Positions 17,294 through 22,295 of a stretch of 22,295 nucleotides of DNA are shown here, one piece after another. The notes beneath the pieces are model-generated. The model did no database searches. It was not told where the DNA came from and worked only from the letters and a program-made list of their open reading frames with translations. The stretch covers positions 1 to 22,295 of the forward strand of contig JBHLLT010000036.1 in assembly GCA_048938855.1 (NCBI GenBank), read 5' to 3'. This DNA comes from Promethearchaeota archaeon (GTDB taxonomy: Archaea; Asgardarchaeota; Lokiarchaeia; Sigyniarchaeales; SOKP01). The stretch's first letter is position 1. Each line of letters opens with the position of its first letter. Both the position numbers and the translations under genes were made by a program.

Positions 17294-17772
17294 ATTAAAT
17301 CATCAAATAATATTTGAAAATAACAATAATTTGTATTTGTAAATATTGAATTTATTAAAAATCTTCTCTCTAATAATTAAGAATGATATTATTAGAATAC
17401 TTATTAAAAAATATGAATATCAAAATTTGAAATAGAATTCTTAATCTTTTAACATTATATAAGCAAAAATAGCTAAAATTTCTGGTCAAACAAATCCAAA
17501 ATGTAATTTTAATAGGGTTCTACAACACGACCGGTTCATGAGCTATTCAACATTAAAACTCCACTAATTCTGCACATAACTACTCCTTTTTTATATTTCA
17601 TATATTATCTCAAAAAATGTCAAGAACTTTGATATTAATTTGAATATAAAATAAAAGAATAGAACCATTATTTAAAGTCTGGCTAAATCTCAATCAACCA
17701 TTACTCTCAATGATACTATTTAGGGTTTTACTAATAAGTAAGCATTATTAAGAAGTAGGAATTTATCGAAAT

Positions 17773-18882
17773 ATGATAAATCCCTTTTATGAAAAATTAG
17801 CAAAATTAGCGGTAAACTATTCTATCAAAGTGCAAAAGGGAGATAGAGTATTTATTTTAGGTTCAACATTAACAGAAGAACTTTTTCGCGCTTTGTATGT
17901 CGAAATTATCAAAGCGGGAGGCTATCCTCTCTTACTCCCGACCATTGAAGGACAAGAAGATCTATTTTTTAGATATGCTTCAGAAAAACAACTCACTTAT
18001 GTAGACGATATAAGAAAACAGATATATAGAGATTTTGATTCTATGATTGCCATCAGTGGAAAATATAATACAAAAGACTTAAGTTTAGTTGATCCTAAAA
18101 TTTTAGCTAAACGTTATGGTTCTGCAGAATATAAAGAACTTTGGAAATTGTGGTATGATAGAGCTGCCAGAGAAGAAGCAAGATGGGTAATTATTCCTTT
18201 CCCATGTAACTCACATGCTCAAGACGCAAATATGGACCTATTTTCTTATTCAAATTTCATAGAAAAAGCTTTATTTCTTGATAAAGAAAATCCTATTCAA
18301 GAATGGCAAAAGATAGAAAAGGATCAAGATATATATGTTAACTATTTAAATAAAGTTGAAAAAATACAAATTCTTGGAGAAGATACTGATCTAACCTTAT
18401 CAACTAAAGGGAGAATATGGGAGAATGATTGTGGGCGTTTTAACTTACCAGATGGCGAAGTTGCTACAAGCCCTGTAGAAAACGCTGTTAATGGGCATAT
18501 TCGATTTACATACCCCGCTATATATTTAGGTAATGATGTTCAAAATATTTACTTAGAATTCAAAGATGGAAGAGTTGTAAATTCAGGTGCAGATAACGGG
18601 CAAGAATTTCTTCAAGAGATATTAAAGATTGAAAATGCAGACAGGTTAGGAGAATTTGCTATAGGGACAAACTATGGTATTACTCAATTTACAAAACATA
18701 TGCTTTTTGATGAAAAAATGGGAGGTACAATTCATATGGCTTTAGGAGACGGATTTAAAGAATTGGGTTCTAAAAATGAGTGTTCAATCCATTGGGATAT
18801 ACTAAAGAATATGAAAAAACCAGGTTCTAAAATTATTGCAGATGATAAAATTATATATGAAGAAGGACATTGGAAAATTTAA
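17773..18882 (+). CDS. Aminopeptidase, M29 family (AmpS/AmpT type)
   Basis: KLAKLAVNYS, GEDTDL, NLPDGEV, LGEFAIG, LFDEKMGGTIHMALG and SIHWD metal-binding motifs. Confidence 0.92.
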   Translation: MINPFYEKLAKLAVNYSIKVQKGDRVFILGSTLTEELFRALYVEIIKAGGYPLLLPTIEGQEDLFFRYASEKQLTYVDDIRKQIYRDFDSMIAISGKYNTKDLSLVDPKILAKRYGSAEYKELWKLWYDRAAREEARWVIIPFPCNSHAQDANMDLFSYSNFIEKALFLDKENPIQEWQKIEKDQDIYVNYLNKVEKIQILGEDTDLTLSTKGRIWENDCGRFNLPDGEVATSPVENAVNGHIRFTYPAIYLGNDVQNIYLEFKDGRVVNSGADNGQEFLQEILKIENADRLGEFAIGTNYGITQFTKHMLFDEKMGGTIHMALGDGFKELGSKNECSIHWDILKNMKKPGSKIIADDKIIYEEGHWKI

Positions 18883-18891
18883 TCTAAAAAG

Positions 18892-19707
18892 CTAAAGTTG
18901 TATTCTATTTGGATATGTGTATATATTCATTCGAGCTCCACGAGCAAAACCAATTAAAGTAATTCCATAACCAAATGCCAGTCGAATTCCAGATTCTATT
19001 GCTGCAGATAGAGATGCGACGATAGGAATTCTTGCTCTTATTGCTTTAAGAACTGAATCTCCTGTCAATCGACCCGTTGAGGTTAAAAATACATTCTCAA
19101 ATTTATAACGCTTTAATAACATTTCTCCAATGACTTTATCAATAGCATTATGCCTACCAATATCTTCTTTAACACATAACAAATTTCCCTTAACATCAAA
19201 TATTGCAGCTCCATGACAACCTCCCGTTTCACGATAAAGAGGAGTTTTTACTTGCATTTGTTTTATTGCGGTAAAAATAATGCTTGCATTGATTTTTATG
19301 GAATCGTTGGATTTAATTTTATCTTTTGTATTTGATTTATCTAGAGTTTCTTTGATTACGTTTCTCCAAGGAGATGGGATACCACAAGTAGTGTCTATAA
19401 CTCGGCTAACTGGATTGATATCAAGATTTTCTAGATTAAAATCAATTTCATTATCTAATTCTATGAAAATTGAATTTTCTAATTCATTTACTTTGATATT
19501 CTTAATATCTTCCATCGAATTAATTATACCTATTGAATACAAAAATCCAATAGATAACTCTTTTAAATCTTTAGCTAGGCAAATTATATTAACTAGTGGT
19601 TTAGTATTTACATATATATCAATAGGAGTCTCATATAAGATGATATCTTCTATCTCTTCTTTCTTTCCTTTATATATTCGTGAAATCTTTACTTTTCTTC
19701 TGAACAA
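18892..19707 (-). CDS. fdhD: Formate dehydrogenase accessory sulfurtransferase FdhD
   Basis: ETPIDIYVN, IGFLYSIG, TTCG, TGGCHGAA, EDIGRHNAIDKVIG, TGRL and LIGFARG. TTG start. Confidence 0.92.
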   Translation of the reverse strand: MFRRKVKISRIYKGKKEEIEDIILYETPIDIYVNTKPLVNIICLAKDLKELSIGFLYSIGIINSMEDIKNIKVNELENSIFIELDNEIDFNLENLDINPVSRVIDTTCGIPSPWRNVIKETLDKSNTKDKIKSNDSIKINASIIFTAIKQMQVKTPLYRETGGCHGAAIFDVKGNLLCVKEDIGRHNAIDKVIGEMLLKRYKFENVFLTSTGRLTGDSVLKAIRARIPIVASLSAAIESGIRLAFGYGITLIGFARGARMNIYTYPNRIQL

Positions 19708-19833
19708 GAAAAACCAATCAACTTGATTTTTTAAAATATATTTATATGATTAGTATATGCTATTTTTCTTAAATATAATGTACTAAAAAAGAATTATACC
19801 TATGAAATATAGGTAGTTGAAAATTTAATATAA

Positions 19834-20772
19834 TCAATTAATTTGATAGATTCTTTGGGTTAAATTTGGTATTACATAAAATCCAAATTTCTTGTAGAGT
19901 CCTAAAGCTTTTTCATTTTTAGTATCAACACCTAATTTAATTGTTTTACATCCTTTTTTACGAAGCGCTTCAATACTAGTCGCGAGTAGAGCACTCCCAA
20001 TTTTTCGGTGTTGATGACTTGGAAGAACACCAAAGTTTGCAATTAATCCGCTTTGATCTTGTTCAGGATTTAGATAAATATCACAGATTCCAACATACTT
20101 ATCGTCTTCATATGCAACACAGTGCTCAATGATATGATTTTTTTTAGCAATTTCTGTCATTTTCTTCCATCTAACTTTAGTAATCGGTTTATACATAAAA
20201 GAATCAGCGAATGCTTCATTCAATACGTTAATAGTTCCCGCAAAATCGTCCATTTCCTTTAGATTCTTGATCATAATACCTTCAGGAATCCCTGGGTGTG
20301 AAAATAAATTGAAATTATCTAACTGCATTGACCAAGTGTAATTAACTGGGCTATAACCTAAACTTTCTAATTTCTTGTCAAAGGGAGCAGACAGATCTCC
20401 ATTTGTCTGAAATAAAATTTTTCCAATGTTTCGTTTCTTTTTAAGATCCAAAGTAGCATCAACTAATTCTCCAGGAAGTTCTGAATCAAAATATTCTGGT
20501 TGTACAGCATATACAACGGAATATGCATCTTTAATCATTGGTAGAAGCGATAACCCAGTAAAAGCAATAATTTTACCTTGATTATTTTCAAAAACTAAAT
20601 AATCTCTTGAAAAAACAGTTTCTTGACCCAAGTATGAGCGGGCTAATTCTTCAGTTATGCGTAATGTTGCTTCAGGATTTAAGTATTTAGTCATCTTGTT
20701 GAATAGATCTACAATTAACGATAAACCAAGAGAATCATTATAAGGTTTAACATTAAACAAATTCGCCTTCAT
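19834..20772 (-). CDS. Tandem GNAT N-acetyltransferase
   Basis: The C-terminal GNAT has the acetyl-CoA motif GVLPSHQHRKIGSALL and N..ALGLYKKFGF. The N-terminal GNAT is degenerate (AVQPEY..LESLGY). Confidence 0.85.
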   Translation of the reverse strand: MKANLFNVKPYNDSLGLSLIVDLFNKMTKYLNPEATLRITEELARSYLGQETVFSRDYLVFENNQGKIIAFTGLSLLPMIKDAYSVVYAVQPEYFDSELPGELVDATLDLKKKRNIGKILFQTNGDLSAPFDKKLESLGYSPVNYTWSMQLDNFNLFSHPGIPEGIMIKNLKEMDDFAGTINVLNEAFADSFMYKPITKVRWKKMTEIAKKNHIIEHCVAYEDDKYVGICDIYLNPEQDQSGLIANFGVLPSHQHRKIGSALLATSIEALRKKGCKTIKLGVDTKNEKALGLYKKFGFYVIPNLTQRIYQIN

Positions 20773-20856
20773 AAACTCTATGAAGTAAAATTAGATATTT
20801 AACAATTTCTCTTCAAAATTTTAAAAAAATTTTAAAAAAATAAAGAAAGAATAATA

Positions 20857-21483
20857 TTATATTTTAGTTCTATCAATAGTATGCCCACATTCACTACAGA
20901 ACTCGGCGTTAAATGGTAGGGAAGCACCACATTCAGGACAAAAAATATTTTGAAAAGGTAATGGAGGTTCTGTTGCACCTTCTCTTGTTTCTACTGTGAT
21001 TTCTGCTTCTTCCTCTTCTTTAGGTTTTTTAGGCTTTTTCGCAAGATTCTTTCCGATTATAGCTGTAACTACTCCAACAAATTGCATACCTGTATTATAT
21101 GTAAAAAAGCCTTCAAGTGTACTGATATATGGAACTGTAACTCCAAACCATTGGGTGACATTTGAAATTAGCCAAATAATTAGTCCTAATGTCCCAAACG
21201 TCAATCCAATACTAGTTAGCCATTTTCCTAACCGATATTGTCCAAGTGCTACAAAAATAGCACCTAAAATTACTGCTCCTCCTCCAAAATCAGCAATCCA
21301 TCTTAAGATTACAAGGCATGTATCTAGGATTGGTATAAGCCAACTTAAATCAGGAGGGAGTAAATTTACAACGTATTCGTGCAGAAATTCATAGACTCCA
21401 ATGCTACCAATGGCAGAACTAGCAATCATTAAAACTCCGCCAATTATTAATAGCGTTACTCCTATCTTATTTCTCGTTGTCAT
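20857..21483 (-). CDS. Membrane protein (about 4 TM) with a C-terminal zinc ribbon
   Basis: Gly-rich hydrophobic helices, a charged linker and CPECG-x9-CSECG. Confidence 0.75.
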   Translation of the reverse strand: MTTRNKIGVTLLIIGGVLMIASSAIGSIGVYEFLHEYVVNLLPPDLSWLIPILDTCLVILRWIADFGGGAVILGAIFVALGQYRLGKWLTSIGLTFGTLGLIIWLISNVTQWFGVTVPYISTLEGFFTYNTGMQFVGVVTAIIGKNLAKKPKKPKEEEEAEITVETREGATEPPLPFQNIFCPECGASLPFNAEFCSECGHTIDRTKI

Positions 21484-21535
21484 ATCATGAACATAGATTA
21501 TTTGTTATAAAAATTAATTGGTAGAAAAAGAAAAG

Positions 21536-22294
21536 TTATGCTTTAACAAATAATCTACCATTTGAACTATTGGAAATTTTTCCAGTTTTTTTATCAATTT
21601 TAGAGTGATTTTTCTCAACTGAGTGGTCTCCACTATATTCGGTAAATTTACCTATAACAATTTCACCGTTCATTAATTCAATTTCTTTTACCTCACCAAG
21701 TTTCTTATAAGACGGAAGGATTCTTGCTATTTTGCCCTTAACAACAATAGTACCCCGCACTTGATCTGCTCCAATGCATCTATTACAATCTCCTTCCACA
21801 ATTATGGTTCCACCATGACTATGTACTCCCAAGAAAGATCCCGCTCCACCACATATCAACGTGGGAAATCTATTTGCTGGTTTTGATCCATTAACCCATG
21901 ATAAAGCTTCGTCTCCAATCTTTCCTTTAACCTTTATTACGCCATCCTCCATACCTTTCCAAAAACCTCTATAAGCTGAACCAACATAATTTCCTGCATT
22001 GCCAGTGATCTCTAATTCGCCGCCTTTTAACATTGCACCAGCCCAATCATTAGCGTTACCATTTACCAAAATTTTTCCTCCAGACATAGTGTTCCCTACA
22101 TGCATCCCTACATTACCGTTTACCATAATTTCTCCTCCTGTCATCTTCTCTCCAATTCTTTTAACTTTTGAGAGGTCTCCATCAATTATAATTTTTGTTT
22201 CAGATATTTCTCCACTGCTTCCTGATACATCAAAGAAATCACCGATTGTTTTTTCTTCATTTCCATGGTATACAATAAGTTTCTTTATCTGAGC
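21536..22294 (-). CDS. fwdC: Formylmethanofuran dehydrogenase subunit C (5' end outside the window)
   Basis: The frame stays open beyond the ORF-track start to the window edge (AQIKKLIVYHGNEEKTIGDFFDVSG...IDGDLSKVKRIGEKMTGG). GXGXG beta-helix repeats and VGSAYRGFWKGM are present. Confidence 0.93.
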   Translation of the reverse strand, partial: AQIKKLIVYHGNEEKTIGDFFDVSGSSGEISETKIIIDGDLSKVKRIGEKMTGGEIMVNGNVGMHVGNTMSGGKILVNGNANDWAGAMLKGGELEITGNAGNYVGSAYRGFWKGMEDGVIKVKGKIGDEALSWVNGSKPANRFPTLICGGAGSFLGVHSHGGTIIVEGDCNRCIGADQVRGTIVVKGKIARILPSYKKLGEVKEIELMNGEIVIGKFTEYSGDHSVEKNHSKIDKKTGKISNSSNGRLFVKA

Positions 22295-22295
22295 T

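Noticed and set aside
20815-20840. AAAATTTTAAA tandem/palindromic run
   Set aside because: Low-complexity AT sequence, at most a U-tract terminator; not a CRISPR or a meaningful repeat.
17139-22292. Plus-strand ORFs 17139-17342, 19280-19726, 20996-21394 and 21999-22292
   Set aside because: Antisense shadows of hdrB, fdhD, the zinc-ribbon membrane gene and fwdC.
1-22295. CRISPR arrays, tRNA/rRNA, transposases and defence systems
   Set aside because: No regularly spaced repeats, GC-rich structural RNA segments, or recognisable transposase or defence domains were seen.

Overview
AT-rich archaeal chromosomal window. Low GC, TTTATA-type promoters, U-tract terminators, fwdC/hdrB/archaeal MtaB and several zinc-ribbon membrane proteins suggest an Asgard (Lokiarchaeia-like) anaerobe; this taxonomy is inferred. 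About 20 real genes are present. A minus-strand run (1-5557) encodes three paralogous membrane-anchored left-handed beta-helix (LbH) proteins, a nitrilase-family hydrolase, a hypothetical protein, UvsE and a truncated PNPOx-family gene. It is followed by a divergent ATP-cone-bearing class II ribonucleotide reductase (nrdJ), three uncharacterised genes (Tubby/LOR-like, 4-TM, LITAF-like), tRNA methylthiotransferase MtaB, a tandem pair of multi-TM paralogs, AlaX, an orphan hdrB, an M29 aminopeptidase, fdhD, a tandem GNAT, a TM/zinc-ribbon protein and the 3' part of fwdC. The strongest candidate for an undescribed system is the tightly coupled three-gene LbH cassette (2877-5557). It reproduces, as split subunits, the 6-TM plus three-tandem-domain C-terminal module of Pls/PosA-type membrane NRPS enzymes, with no adenylation or carrier domain in the window, and has a co-oriented amidohydrolase. 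No rRNA, tRNA, CRISPR or transposase was recognised. All family assignments come from motif recognition by eye, not from database searches.
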